Below are positions 52,828 through 63,592 of a stretch of DNA of 64,000 bases, in pieces (the first letter of the stretch is position 1; each line of letters begins with the position of its first letter). The notes below the pieces were generated by a model. The model had not been told where the DNA came from. It did not search any database and saw nothing but the letters and a program-made list of their open reading frames with translations. Position numbers and translations under genes: made by a program. Source of the stretch: an uncultured Gemmatimonadales bacterium (GTDB lineage Bacteria > Gemmatimonadota > Gemmatimonadetes > Gemmatimonadales > GWC2-71-9); NCBI GenBank assembly GCA_963739455.1, contig CAVUAK010000001.1, forward strand, positions 1,760,001 to 1,824,000. The letters run 5' to 3'.

Positions 52828-52862
52828 GACGCCGATGTGCGAAGGGTTCGCACACCGGCGCC
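52828..52862 (-). terminator. Intrinsic terminator
   Basis: Minus strand GCGCCGGTGTGCGAA-ccc-TTCGCACATCGGCGT then CCTTTCGTTT. Confidence 0.65.
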
Positions 52863-52895
52863 TCACTCAGCGATTGTCACTCTAGGTCGATTGGC

Positions 52896-53417
52896 CTATC
52901 GGCGGGGGGACCCGACGATCGGCGCCATGGGCTCGGCGCTCCGGGGTGGCTCCATGCCGCCGCTGGCACTGCGACACGCCAGCCCGATGAACACGAGTGA
53001 TCCAGCCATGATGAGATTCTTGAAGATGGCCCGGGCGCCGGAGAGCACGATCGGCAGCTTGACCTCAGCCTCCGCCGTGGCCCGCAGCTCGATGACGTCG
53101 AGCGCCAGCAGGCCGCAGATCGCGAGCAGCAGCAGCGCCGCCAGGAAACTCAGGATCCCGATCCAGCGCAACACGAATCGGTGGTTCATCAGGCCCGCCA
53201 CCACCATGGCCAGCGCGATGCCCAGCAGCGGGGTCAGGAGGAAGCCGGCGAAGAGGGAACTCGACGCGAACCGCCACTTGGTCGATGATGGCAGGTACGG
53301 GACGACGCTGGTTACGAAATCGACGAACGGGAGAACGATGAGGAGCGCGCTGATGAGATACAGCGAGCCGCTGATCCTGCGAAAAGGGGCCCCATAGGGC
53401 CCCAGGGCGGACGTCAA
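52896..53417 (-). CDS. Hypothetical 4-TM membrane protein
   Basis: Four hydrophobic segments; GAGGAG RBS before TTG. Confidence 0.7.
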   Translation of the reverse strand: MTSALGPYGAPFRRISGSLYLISALLIVLPFVDFVTSVVPYLPSSTKWRFASSSLFAGFLLTPLLGIALAMVVAGLMNHRFVLRWIGILSFLAALLLLAICGLLALDVIELRATAEAEVKLPIVLSGARAIFKNLIMAGSLVFIGLACRSASGGMEPPRSAEPMAPIVGSPRR

Positions 53418-53522
53418 AGGGCGCTCCTCGTCAGGCGTTGCCTCGGGTTCGGGCGAAAGCTAACAGGACGAGGAGCCCCGTGCCCATGACGCCAGCATGG
53501 GGCACCGCACCGCGGGGTCGGC

Positions 53523-53879
53523 TCAGGCCTTGATCCAGAGCCTCACGGCAACCAGCACGAGGAACATGGCGAATGCGCGCTGCAGGGTGGTAGACGAAAG
53601 CAGTCCCGCCAGCTTGGCTCCGCCCAGCGCACCGAAGACGATGCCGAGTGCCACGAGCAGCGACGCGCGCGGCTCCAGGTTCCCGGACTTGTAGTAGGTG
53701 ATCGCGCCGAGCACTCCGACCGGCAGCAGCAATGCTCCGAGCGACGTGCCGACCGCCTGCTTGAACGGCATCTTCGCAAACTGGACGAGCGCCGGCACGA
53801 TGAGGATGCCGCCGCCGATGCCGAAGAGGCCGGCGAGGATGCCAGCGGCCAGGCCGATCGCGATGAAGATGAGTGTCAT
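53523..53879 (-). CDS. Half-size TauE/SafE (TSUP) family transporter
   Basis: AGLFGIGGGILIVPAL, AVGTSL. Confidence 0.88.
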   Translation of the reverse strand: MTLIFIAIGLAAGILAGLFGIGGGILIVPALVQFAKMPFKQAVGTSLGALLLPVGVLGAITYYKSGNLEPRASLLVALGIVFGALGGAKLAGLLSSTTLQRAFAMFLVLVAVRLWIKA

Positions 53880-53883
53880 TGGC

Positions 53884-54306
53884 TTATCGCGCCTTCAGCG
53901 CGTCGCGGATTTCGCGGAGCAGGATCACGTCTTCCGCCGGCGCAGCAGGGGCGGGTGGAGTCGACTTCTTGAGCCGGTTCATCGCCGTCACCATCTGGAA
54001 GATGATGAACGCGAGGATGGCGAAGTTGATGGCCACCGTGATGAAGTTGCCGTAGGCGAACACCGGCACCCCGGCCTTTCGCACCGCGTCGAGCGTGTGC
54101 GGTACGTCGGGAGGTAGTGCGGCGAGCGGGATGAACAGGTTGGAGAAGTCGAGCCCGCCGGTAAGCCGGCCGACCAGCGGCATGATCAGGTCGTTCACCA
54201 CCGAATCGACAATCTTGCCGAAGGCACCGCCGATGATGACGCCGACGGCGAGGTCCATCACGCTGCCCTTGAGGGCGAACTCCTTGAATTCCTGAACCAT
54301 GCCCAT
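53884..54306 (-). CDS. mscL: Large-conductance mechanosensitive channel
   Basis: [37 protein letters not shown]. Confidence 0.97.
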   Translation of the reverse strand: MGMVQEFKEFALKGSVMDLAVGVIIGGAFGKIVDSVVNDLIMPLVGRLTGGLDFSNLFIPLAALPPDVPHTLDAVRKAGVPVFAYGNFITVAINFAILAFIIFQMVTAMNRLKKSTPPAPAAPAEDVILLREIRDALKAR

Positions 54307-54435
54307 GGGTAGTGCTCCCGATTGAGATGTTGCGCGACGTGTTCGATTCCGTGCCTGCAGTCCGCGTGTCCGGGCCGCGGTTCCAGTTTCCTAAAGATGT
54401 AGGCGGAGGCACCCCTTGCGCCCTCGTCGTCCGCG

Positions 54436-54457
54436 CTTTACTGTACAAAGCACTTTG
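54436..54457. promoter_or_regulatory. Putative operator CTTT-N6-CAAAG-YACTT (copy 1)
   Basis: CTTTACTGTACAAAGCACTTTG; second copy at 55504. Confidence 0.55.
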
Positions 54458-55052
54458 ACAGATCCACGCCCGGATGTGCCCGCCCTGCATTCCAGGGCCA
54501 TGGATAACCTCAGCTTCATCCGTCGTGCGATGGAGCGCTCATCGGCCTTCACCGCCGTGCCGGGTTGGGGCGGGATGGCCATGGGAGTGACGGCAGTGCT
54601 TCGGCAGCGTTGCGTCGGCCCGGGCCACCACGCCGCGCGCATGGACCGTCACCTGGCTGGGAGTCGCCGCCATTGCGAGCGCCATCGGCGCCGTGACGAT
54701 GGTGCAGAAGGCGCGACGCGAGGAAGGTGTGGTGCTGAGCGGCAAGGCACGGCGGTTCTTTCTCGGCTACTTGCCGCCGATCGGTGTCGGGGTCCTCCTG
54801 ACCCTGGTGCTCGTGCGACACGAAGTCTACGGCGCGCTCGCCGGCACCTGGCTGCTGCTCTATGGAACGGGGCTCGTCACGGGCGGGGTCTTCTCGGTGC
54901 GGGTGGTCCCGATCATGGGAGCCTGCTTCATGGCACTCGGGGCGGTCGCGCTGTTCACGCCGCCTTCATTGGCCAGTGTCTGGATGGGACTCGGGTTCGG
55001 TGGGCTGCACCTCGTGTTCGGTTTCCTGATTGCGCGGAGGTATGGTGGCTAG
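54455..55052 (+). CDS. Hypothetical membrane protein (frameshift near 54600; start uncertain)
   Basis: [25 protein letters not shown] ... WLLLYG...[10 protein letters not shown]. Confidence 0.78.
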
Positions 55053-55432
55053 GCACTCGCACGCGCGACGCGTTGATCACCCTGCCGCTCCAGCTGTGCC
55101 GCGGACCCTGGGCACGGTGCCGGGAGCGGCGAGTGAGGCGCTCGAGCTCGACAAGCGTGATCCATGAGCGCATGCGTCTCGCCATCGTGAGCGCATTGGC
55201 CGTGAATCCGGCGCTCAGCTTCAACGAGCTGAAGCAACTGCTGGATACGACGGACGGGAACCTGAGCGTGCACGCCCGCAAGCTCGAGGACGCGGGATAC
55301 GTGCGGTGCAGCAAGAGCTTCGAGGGTCGCACTCCGCGCACCGACTACCAGCTGACTGGCGCCGGTCGCCAGGCGCTCGAGCGGTATCTCGCGCACATGG
55401 AGGCCCTGATCCGGGCGACGAGGAAGGGATAG
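55045..55432 (+). CDS. Winged-helix transcriptional regulator (MarR/ArsR-like), frameshift near 55155
   Basis: [44 protein letters not shown]. Confidence 0.9.
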
Positions 55433-55470
55433 GAACAGGGAACAGGGAACAAGGAACAAGGAACAGGGGA
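55431..55470. repeat. (G/A)GGAACA heptamer x5
   Basis: aggaaca gggaaca gggaaca aggaaca aggaaca. Confidence 0.8.
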
Positions 55471-55503
55471 TCGATCGCGGTCCCCATTTTCGGCAGTTGT
55501 AAA

Positions 55504-55524
55504 CTTTGTGAGACAAAGTACTTG
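55504..55524. promoter_or_regulatory. Putative operator (copy 2)
   Basis: CTTTGTGAGACAAAGTACTTG just before AGGAGG RBS. Confidence 0.55.
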
Positions 55525-55538
55525 TTCAGGAGGGCATC

Positions 55539-56164
55539 ATGCTGCGAATCGATCCTGAGTACCACACTCGGACTGCTGCTGCGACTGGGGGGCCTGGCAT
55601 CCTTTCTCCTGCTCTCCGCGTCCATCACCGGCGCACTTGCTGGTCGCGGCCATCGCGGTGGTCCGCGGTAACACACCGCTGTCGCGTCGCGCGGGAATGG
55701 TGGGCGTGACACTGCTCGGCACGTACGGAGCGCTGCTCCTCGGCGGTCCGCTGCTGCTCGGACGTCGTACCCTGGCACCGGGACAGGAACTCGCCTTCTG
55801 TGGTGTCGACTGCCACCTCCACCTCACGACGACACATGTGGTCCGCAATGGCGGCATCGATGTGACGATGCGGGCGCGCAGCGACGCGCGTGAGGTGCCG
55901 GAGGATCCGCGCTACGTGGCAATCTCCGTGGTCGATGCGCGCGGCACACGATATCATGCCGACTCGATGACGCTCGATACACCGCTCGGGCCGGGCGACT
56001 CATACGAGCGAACCTTGCACTTCGCCGTGCCGGCATCGGCCACCGGGCTTCGGCTCGTCGGCACGTGGCAGGGATGGCCGGCCTACGTCATTCCTGGGCC
56101 CGACAACATTTTCGTGCAGCGGCGCAGTGGCATCGTCCTGACGTCCGACTCGGTGTCGAGCTGA
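55539..56164 (+). CDS. Hypothetical membrane-anchored protein with Ig-like C-terminus (frameshifted N-terminus)
   Basis: AGGAGG RBS; TM segments; FCGVDCH, VVDARGTRY, LGPGDS...LHFAVP. Confidence 0.65.
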
Positions 56165-57639
56165 TGCGCGGCCGGGTCGCGCCGTTCCTGCTCGGAGGCG
56201 GCATCGCACTGGGTGTCGGCTGGCGGATGCTGCAGCAGTCGGTACCTGAGCGGCTCGACTTCGCACTCGGGTTCGGGCTGTTGTTCATCGTGCTGGCTGT
56301 CGTGAGTCATCATGGTCACCTGCATCTTCCCGATTCCGACCGGGTAGTGGTCGGTGTACCCGCACTCCTGCTGGTGATCGCGCTCATCTGGCGCGACTCC
56401 GAAACCCTTTTCCTCGTCAACCTGCTCGCGCTGGCCGGGCTCGTCGCGCTTGCTCGACCGGTGCGGGTTGGGCTGAAGGCGCGCCTGCTGGACAGCGACG
56501 TTGGTGACCTGGTGCGTCGCGGCGTGCACGCCGTGCGTGGGGCGACGTACGGAGCCTGGCCGCTGCTCCGTGCCATGCGCGGACCCGAGGCCAGCCGTTC
56601 GCCGAGGTCGCGATGGGCGGCGGGGTTCGGCGTCGTGGCTATCTCGCCGGTGCTGGTGCTGTTCAGCCTGCTGCTGGGCAGCGCCGACCCGGTATTCGAG
56701 CGGCTCCTTGGGCGTCTCGTCAATCCTGAGCTGGTCATCCAGCACGTTGTGCCCCTCATGCTCTGGTCCTGGCTCGGCACGGGCCTGCTCTGGGGCCTGA
56801 CGCGCGCGCCGTTGGCTACCGAGACGGGGCCTGCCGGCGGGAAGGTCAGCTCGCCATTCGTCATCGGCGCGCTGGCGCCAATCGCCCTGCTCTTTCTTGC
56901 CTTCCTCGTGCTGCAGTCGCGCTACCTGTTTGGTGGCCGGGCCGTGGTGCTCGGCACGGCAGACCTCAGCTTCTCGGAGTATGCGCGTCGAGGCTTCTTC
57001 GAACTGGTGACGGTCTCGGCGGCGATGCTGCCGGTGCTCCTTGTGGCTGATTGGGCTGCCGACCAGCGATCAGCGCAGGACCAGCGGAGGTTCCGTTTCC
57101 TCGCCCGCACGCTGCTCGTGCTCCTGGCCGGGCTGCTCGGGTCGGCGCTCCTGCGGATGGCGATGTACACCGGCGAGTATGGCCTCACCGAGCAGCGGCT
57201 CTTCACCACGGCGTTCATGGCGTGGCTGGCGTTCGTCCTGGCGTGGTTCGCCGCGAGCGTGCTGCAGTCGCGCCGGGACCGCTTCTCCGCGGGCGCCCTG
57301 GGCGCCGCGCTGGCCACGCTGCTCCTGGTAAACGTTGCCGGGCCGGAGCAGGTAATTGTCCGGGTCAATGCGTGGCGCGCGGAGCGGGGCCGTCCATTTG
57401 ACGCTCAGTACCTGGCGAGCCTGGGCGCCGGTGCCGTTCCCGCGGCGCTGGACGTGCTCGCCGGCCTGCCGGCCACCGCCCGGTGCGACGCGGCACGCCG
57501 CCTCGACGAGCGATGGAGTGGCGCGGCCAGCCGGGTACAGCAGACCTGGACCATCGAGCGGTGGCGCGCCACCGGCTCGATGCTCGAGGAATTGCGACAT
57601 GCGGTCGACACGGCGTGCGACCTGAAGGGTAGAAGCTGA
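56164..57639 (+). CDS. DUF4153 (DUF4173) multi-pass membrane protein
   Basis: LLGSADPVF, FSEYARRGFFELV, RMAMY..EYGLTEQRL, DAQYLASLG. Confidence 0.87.
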   Translation: MRGRVAPFLLGGGIALGVGWRMLQQSVPERLDFALGFGLLFIVLAVVSHHGHLHLPDSDRVVVGVPALLLVIALIWRDSETLFLVNLLALAGLVALARPVRVGLKARLLDSDVGDLVRRGVHAVRGATYGAWPLLRAMRGPEASRSPRSRWAAGFGVVAISPVLVLFSLLLGSADPVFERLLGRLVNPELVIQHVVPLMLWSWLGTGLLWGLTRAPLATETGPAGGKVSSPFVIGALAPIALLFLAFLVLQSRYLFGGRAVVLGTADLSFSEYARRGFFELVTVSAAMLPVLLVADWAADQRSAQDQRRFRFLARTLLVLLAGLLGSALLRMAMYTGEYGLTEQRLFTTAFMAWLAFVLAWFAASVLQSRRDRFSAGALGAALATLLLVNVAGPEQVIVRVNAWRAERGRPFDAQYLASLGAGAVPAALDVLAGLPATARCDAARRLDERWSGAASRVQQTWTIERWRATGSMLEELRHAVDTACDLKGRS

Positions 57640-57661
57640 GGTGCGTATCATTCAGCCCGGC

Positions 57662-58565
57662 ATGAAGACACCTTCTCGCGCTCCCGACCGGTCGCAGGTC
57701 GACCGCGTACCGCCCAGTCTCGCCGGCGGTCGCGGGTCGCTTTCCCGTCGCCACTTCCTCGCCGCGGCTGCGACGGCGGGCGCGGCGGGGGTTGGCCTGT
57801 CTGGATACGCCTTCGGGCCAGCGGCAACGACGGTCGAATTGACCCGGCACGAGCCTGCCGGTTCCGGGTCTCGCACCGTCTCTCAAGGGCCTGCGCATCG
57901 CGCATGTGTCTGACGTGCACCTTCCTGCGAACCAGGGCGCGGTGCGCCACGCCCTGGCCCTGCTCGAGGCGGAGCGACCAGAAGTGGTCATCCTTACGGG
58001 TGACATCGTCGAGCGCTACCAGGCGCTGGACGCCCTCATCGAGTTCGCGCGACGCGCGCGCGGTACCGTCGGCACGTACGCCGTCATTGGAAACTGGGAG
58101 CGGTCTGGCGGGATCCGGCCTGACGATGCCCGAAGGGCGTACGCGGCGGCCGGCGTGCAGTTTCTCTGCAATGAGACGGCGATGCTCAAGGTCGGCGCCG
58201 CGCGACTGGGAATTGTCGGCCTCGACGACTGGGTGAGCGGTCGGCCCGATCCTGCGGAGGCGCTCGCGCGCGTGGATGGCGGTGACGCCATGGTGTGGGC
58301 GCTTCACGCCCCCGGCTATGCCGACCTGTTGCCCGTGGGCGCGCCAGCGTCAGTGGTGCTCGCCGGGCACACGCACGGAGGGCAGATCAGGCTTCCGCTG
58401 CTCCCGGCCCTGAGGCCGTCGGGGTCGGGCCGCTTCCTGGAGGGGTGGTACGATACGCCGGCCGCGCCACTCTACGTGTCTCGGGGCGTTGGTACGACGG
58501 ACATCCGCGCGCGATTCAACTGCCCTGCGGAGCTTCCCCTGTTCACCCTGGTACCCACCCGATGA
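57662..58565 (+). CDS. Tat-exported metallophosphoesterase (YkuE-like), frameshift near 57860
   Basis: SRRHFL; SDVH, TGDIV, GNWE, AGHTHGGQ, SRGVG. Confidence 0.9.
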
Positions 58566-58590
58566 ATCCGATTGGGTGCTGGTGACGTTA
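58565..58590 (+). promoter_or_regulatory. ECF-type promoter motif upstream of msrA
   Basis: AATCC-16-CGTTA, resembling the 29.5-kb motifs. Confidence 0.45.
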
Positions 58591-58618
58591 CCATGCTGAC
58601 CACTACCGGACAGGCACG

Positions 58619-59252
58619 ATGATCAGGCGATTGCTGGGCTCCATCACGCTCGCGGCAGCGCTGCCGCTGCTGCTTGCCTCGACCCCTCGCGCTGGGGCGC
58701 GAGGCGAGCAAACCATTGTGTTCGCTGGCGGCTGCTTCTGGGGCGTCGAGGCGGTGTTCGAGCACGTGAAGGGAGTGACATCTGCGGTATCCGGCTATGC
58801 GGGCGGCACGACGCAGTCGCCGACGTACGGGGAAGTGAGCACGGGGAACACCGGTCACGCGGAATCGGTGCAAGTGGTGTTCGATCCTTCGCAGGTAAGC
58901 CTCGAACAGTTCCTGCAGGTGTTCTTCATGGTGGCGCACGACCCGACGCTACTCAATCGCCAGGGGCCGGATGTCGGCACGCAGTATCGGTCGGCGGTTT
59001 TCTATTCTGGGCCGGCCCAGCAGCAGGCAGTCCAGGCGTATATCGCGGCGCTGACACAGAAGAAGGTGTATCCCCGGCCGATCGTCACCCAGGTGGCGCC
59101 ACTCACCGTGTTCTATCCGGCGGAGGCTTACCACCAGGGCTACTTGGCACTTCATCCGTACCAGCCGTACATCGTGATCAACGACATGCCCAAGCTGGAC
59201 AACCTTCGCCGCAACTTCCCGGCGACTCTACCGGGAGTCGCCCGCGACCTGA
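58619..59252 (+). CDS. msrA: Peptide-methionine (S)-S-oxide reductase with signal peptide (indel near 3' end)
   Basis: GCFWG, GHAE, HDPT.LNRQGPDVGTQYRS, AEAYHQ. Confidence 0.95.
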
Positions 59253-59255
59253 GGG

Positions 59256-60081
59256 TCAGCCGACGGCAGCGAGGTTGTACATCGCGCGGAAGGCACGGAA
59301 CACTTCGCGATAGTCCGTGTGGGTGTACGACAGGGTCCGTCCGTCGCGACGCTCCGAGCCCGGCACCAGTTCCGCGTTGTCGGCGTGCTGCGTCAGCGCG
59401 AACTCCACCTCGAGTGTCACCGGCGACGTCAGCGTGAACGGCGCATGCTTCCGCTGCAGTGCACCGCGTGGCCCCGGCGCGAATGCGCCGGCACGACTCG
59501 GTCGGTGACACGCTGCGCGCCGAGAACCGGCCCACCGCTTCCTTCACGACTACCGCCTCGAGGTCCGCGCCCAGCAGCGCATGCGCTTCCGCCGCCAGGG
59601 CCTGGTCGCCCGAGACCATCACGACCGGCACACCGAAGGCACCGGCCACCGCCGCGTTGAGCCCGAGTTCTCCCACCGGACGGCCGTTCAGCTTCACCTG
59701 GTGGATCTTGTCGGTATAGGTGTGATCGATGGTCGCGTGCTTCGTGCCGGCCATCGCGTGATATCCGATGCACATCACCGCGTCGAACCCGCCGTCCACG
59801 CCTTCCATCATCGAGAGTCGCTTCGGGCCGCTGGAGATGAGCTCGGCGGCCTCGTGCAGTTCCTCGGCGAGCAGGTTCCGCATGAGCCAGTGCGAGTCAT
59901 TGACGAGGATGCGGCTGGCGCCGGCACTGGCGGCACCCTGGATCGCCGCGTTGGCCTCGTCGGTCATGAGGCGACGGAATCGGGCGTACTCGACGGCGTG
60001 CGCGGGGTTGACGGGATCGGTCTGGTCCTCGTGCGCCACGCCGGCGACGCCTTCCATGTCGACCGAGATGTAGACGTTCAT
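59256..60081 (-). CDS. dppA: D-aminopeptidase, M55 family (frameshift near 59460)
   Basis: YISVDMEG, VNDSH, SMMEG, GYHA, HTY, VSGD. Confidence 0.92.
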
Positions 60082-60096
60082 CGGGAAGTTCCGTCC

Positions 60097-60429
60097 TCAG
60101 TAGACGCGCCCGCCCAGGGGCACGTCGCGATCGGGGGCGATGAGCACGACGTGCCCATCCTCGTTCGGCAGGCCCAGCACGAGCACCTCGGACGCGAATC
60201 CCGCCACCTTGCGCGTCCCCAGGTTCACCGCCGCCACGATCTGTCGGCCGATCAGGTCGTCCGCGGTGTACAGCTCGGTGAGCTTGGCGCTCGACGTGCG
60301 CATGCCGAGCGAGCCGAAGTCGATCCACAGGCAGAAGGCCGGTACGCGCGCCTTGGCGTTCGGTTCGCAGCGAGTGATGCGACCGACGCGCAAGTCGAGG
60401 ATGCCGAAGGCGTCGAGGGGGGTGGTCAT
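60097..60429 (-). CDS. csaA: CsaA-like tRNA-binding / secretion chaperone protein
   Basis: DLRVGRI, IDFG...SSAKLT, AVNL..RKVAGFASEVLVLG. Confidence 0.88.
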   Translation of the reverse strand: MTTPLDAFGILDLRVGRITRCEPNAKARVPAFCLWIDFGSLGMRTSSAKLTELYTADDLIGRQIVAAVNLGTRKVAGFASEVLVLGLPNEDGHVVLIAPDRDVPLGGRVY

Positions 60430-61225
60430 GCGAGCAGCTCCCCGCGCAGCACGGTGACGGCGTGTCCGCTGAGGAGCACGCGATCGCCGATCCAGCCGCA
60501 CCCGCACCGTGCCACCGCGGGGCGATGCCTGGAAGCCGACGAGTGCATCCCGCCCGAAGATACCGGCCCAGTAGGGAGCCAGCGCGCAGTGGGCGGAGCC
60601 GGTCACCGGGTCTTCGTCGACGCCCGACTGCGGACCGAAGAAGCGGGAGACGAAGTCGTGCGCGCCGTCATCGCCTGGTGCCGTGACGATGACGCCGCGG
60701 CAGGGGAGGGCACCATACCAGCGCGTAGTCGGGTGTCGCGCTGCCGCACCGCGTCCGGCATTCTCGAGGCGGGCCACCAGGTCGAACCGTGACCGTCCGG
60801 CCCACTCCACCGGCGCGCACACGGCGGCCGCAAGGCTCGAGGCGAAGGCGGGAGCCGGATCAGCGGGTGTTGCCGGAAAGTCGAGCTCGATGAGGCCGTC
60901 TCTCTGGTGCGGCGGTGAGCCACCCGCTCTTCGTGTGGAAGCGCGCGGTGGTGCCGGTCGGGAGGCGCCTTGTTTCCCAGAGCGCGTGCGCGCTTGCCAG
61001 CGTGGCGTGTCCACAGAGGTCCACCTCGCAGGTGGGCGTGAACCACCTGAGGTCGAAGCCGTCGTGGCGCGGCGACACGAACGCTGTCTCGGCGAGGTTC
61101 ATCTCCGCCGCCACCGCCTGCATCCAGTCCTCGTCGCGGGCCGCCTCGAGCAGGCACACCGCGGCAGGGTTGCCGTGGAACGGGCGGTCGGTGAAGGCAT
61201 CGACCTGAAAGAGTGGAATGGTCAT
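60426..61225 (-). CDS. PhzF family isomerase/epimerase (frameshifted)
   Basis: [43 protein letters not shown]. Confidence 0.92.
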
Positions 61226-61614
61226 GGGTCCTCGTCGATGACGGCGTCGACCTCGATTTCCACCAGGTGCGCGGGGTCGATGAGCCGGCGTACCTCGACC
61301 ATGGTGGCGGCGGGGCGCACATCGCGGAAGAACTCACCATGTGCGCGGCCGACCTCTTCCCAGCGCGAAATATCGGTCACGAACATCCGCGTCCGGACGA
61401 CGTGGCGCAGTCCGGCGCCCGCCTCGTTGAGTGCTTTCTCGATCGTGACGAGCGCCTGCCGTGCCTGCACATAGGCATCGCCCTCGCCCACGACCTTGCC
61501 GTCGGCGCCAGTCGCGGTCGTGCCGGCCACGTGGACCAGGTTCCCGGTCCGGACGGCGCGGGAGTAACCCACGATCGATTCCCACGGTGCGCCGGAGCTG
61601 ATCAATTGTCGCAT
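61222..61614 (-). CDS. RidA/YjgF family protein
   Basis: [30 protein letters not shown]. Confidence 0.92.
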   Translation of the reverse strand: MRQLISSGAPWESIVGYSRAVRTGNLVHVAGTTATGADGKVVGEGDAYVQARQALVTIEKALNEAGAGLRHVVRTRMFVTDISRWEEVGRAHGEFFRDVRPAATMVEVRRLIDPAHLVEIEVDAVIDEDP

Positions 61615-61628
61615 GACGACTCTCGCAT

Positions 61629-62620
61629 TCAGGGTGTCGACTCAGCGTAGTGACATGCCACCTGCACGCCGGCCAGCGGCCGGAGCTCCGGACGTTCGGT
61701 GCGGCACCGCTCGTCGCGCTTCGGGTGGAAGCAGCGCGTGTGGAAGGCGCATCCCGGTGGGGGCGCTGCGGGGCTCGGCGGGTCGCCACTCAGGACGATG
61801 CGGCCGGCCATCGGCGTGACACTGGCCTCGGGCACCGCCGAGCGGAGGGCCACCGTGTACGGATGCCGGGGCGCACTGAGGACCCGGTCGGCCGCGCCCG
61901 TCTCCACGATACGCCCGAGGTACATCACCGCAATGCGGTCGGCGACCTGGCGCACCACGGCGAGGTCGTGCGCAATGAACAGGTAGGACAGGCTCCTGGC
62001 CCGCTGCAGGTCGGACAGGAGGTTGAGCACCTGCGCCTGGACCGAGACATCGAGCGACGATACCGGCTCGTCGCAGATGATGAGCTCGGGTTCGACGGCG
62101 AGCGCACGGGCAATGCCGATCCGCTGGCGCTGGCCACCCGAGAATTCGTGCGGGTACCGGGTGGCATAGCCGGGGTCCAGGCCCACCTCCTCCAGCAGCG
62201 TGGCGACGCGCCCGCGGCGCTGCGGCTGGGTGCCGATGTGATGGATGTCCATCCCTTCCGCAATCGCGTCACCCACCGTCATGCGCGGATTGAGCGAGCC
62301 ATAGGGATCCTGGAAGATCATCTGCACCCGCCGGCGAAAGGCGCGCAGTGCATCGGGGCCCAGCGTGAAGATGTCGGTGCCATCGAGGAGCGCCTGCCCC
62401 GATGTCGGCTCCTGCAGCCGGATGATGGTGCGCCCCACGGTGGTCTTGCCGCATCCCGACTCGCCCACGAGGCCGAGGGTCTCACCGCGACCGAGCGTCA
62501 GCGATACACCGTCGACCGCTCGCACCGGTGGCGCGCTGCGACCGAGCAGCGCGCGCGCGCCATAGTGCTTGACCAGGTCGCGTACGTCGAGCAGCGGTGT
62601 GATGCGAGTGGCGCCGTCAT
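61629..62620 (-). CDS. Peptide ABC transporter ATPase (DppF/OppF-like)
   Basis: [28 protein letters not shown]. Confidence 0.93.
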
Positions 62621-63592
62621 GCGTCGTCACCGGCCAGCCAGCAGCGGGCTTCGTGACCGGGAGCTGCCCGGCGCAAGGTGGGCATCCTGTCACACCGCTC
62701 GAATCGCTCCGGACACCGCGGGCCGAAGCGGCAGCCGGTGGGCCATGCCGTGGGTGGCGGCACCGAGCCCGCAATGGGTGTGAGTCGCGCGCGGGCGCCG
62801 GTAATGGTCGGCACGGAGCCGAACAAGCCACGGGTATACGGGTGGGCCGGTGCCTCGAACACCTGGCGCGTCGAGGCGCGCTCGACAATCTGTCCCGCGT
62901 ACATCACGCACATGTCATCGGCCCGCCCCGCCACGACGCCGAGGTCGTGCGTGATCAGGAGCACCGCCATGCCGCGCTCCTGGCGCAGGCGGTCGAGCAG
63001 CTCGAGGATCTGCGCCTGCACCGTCACGTCGAGCGCCGTCGTCGGCTCATCGGCGATGAGGATCTCCGGCTCGGCGGCAAGCGCGATGGCGATCATGACG
63101 CGCTGGCGCATGCCGCCGCTCAGCTGGTGCGGATACTCGCCCAGCCGACGCGACGGGATCGGCGATGCCGACCTCGCCCAGCAGTGCCTCGGCGCGCGCC
63201 AGCGCGTCGCGCCGCGAGACGTCGCGATGTGCTCGCACCGCCTCGGCGATCTGGTCTCCCGCCGTGAGCACCGGGTTGAGGCTCGTCATCGGGTCCTGGA
63301 AGACCATGCCGATGCGCCCACCTCGCACGCTGCGCATCGCGTCCTCGTCGAACGACATGACGTCCTTGCCCTCGAGCCGGATCACGCTGGACGCGTCCAC
63401 GCGACCGGGCGGCGGCACGAGGCGCAGCAGCGCCAGGCCGGTGAGGCTCTTGCCGCAGCCCGACTCGCCCACGAGTGCGAGGGTGCGGCCGCGCTCGAGC
63501 GCGAAGCTCACGCCATCCACCGGGTGGATGGTGCGACCGCCACTGGCGGGGAAGCTGACGCGCAGGTCGCGCACTTCGAGGAGGGGTGTCAT
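62617..63592 (-). CDS. Peptide ABC transporter ATPase (DppD/OppD-like), frameshift near 63150
   Basis: [35 protein letters not shown]. Confidence 0.93.

Noticed and set aside
54416..55432. Membrane protein-regulator fusion ORF
   Set aside because: The middle of the ORF is off-frame; the two genes have a separate stop (55052) and start (55045)
60097..61014. Apparent PhzF-CsaA fusion ORF
   Set aside because: PhzF has its own TGA (60426-60428) overlapping the CsaA ATG; the chimera arises from frameshifts
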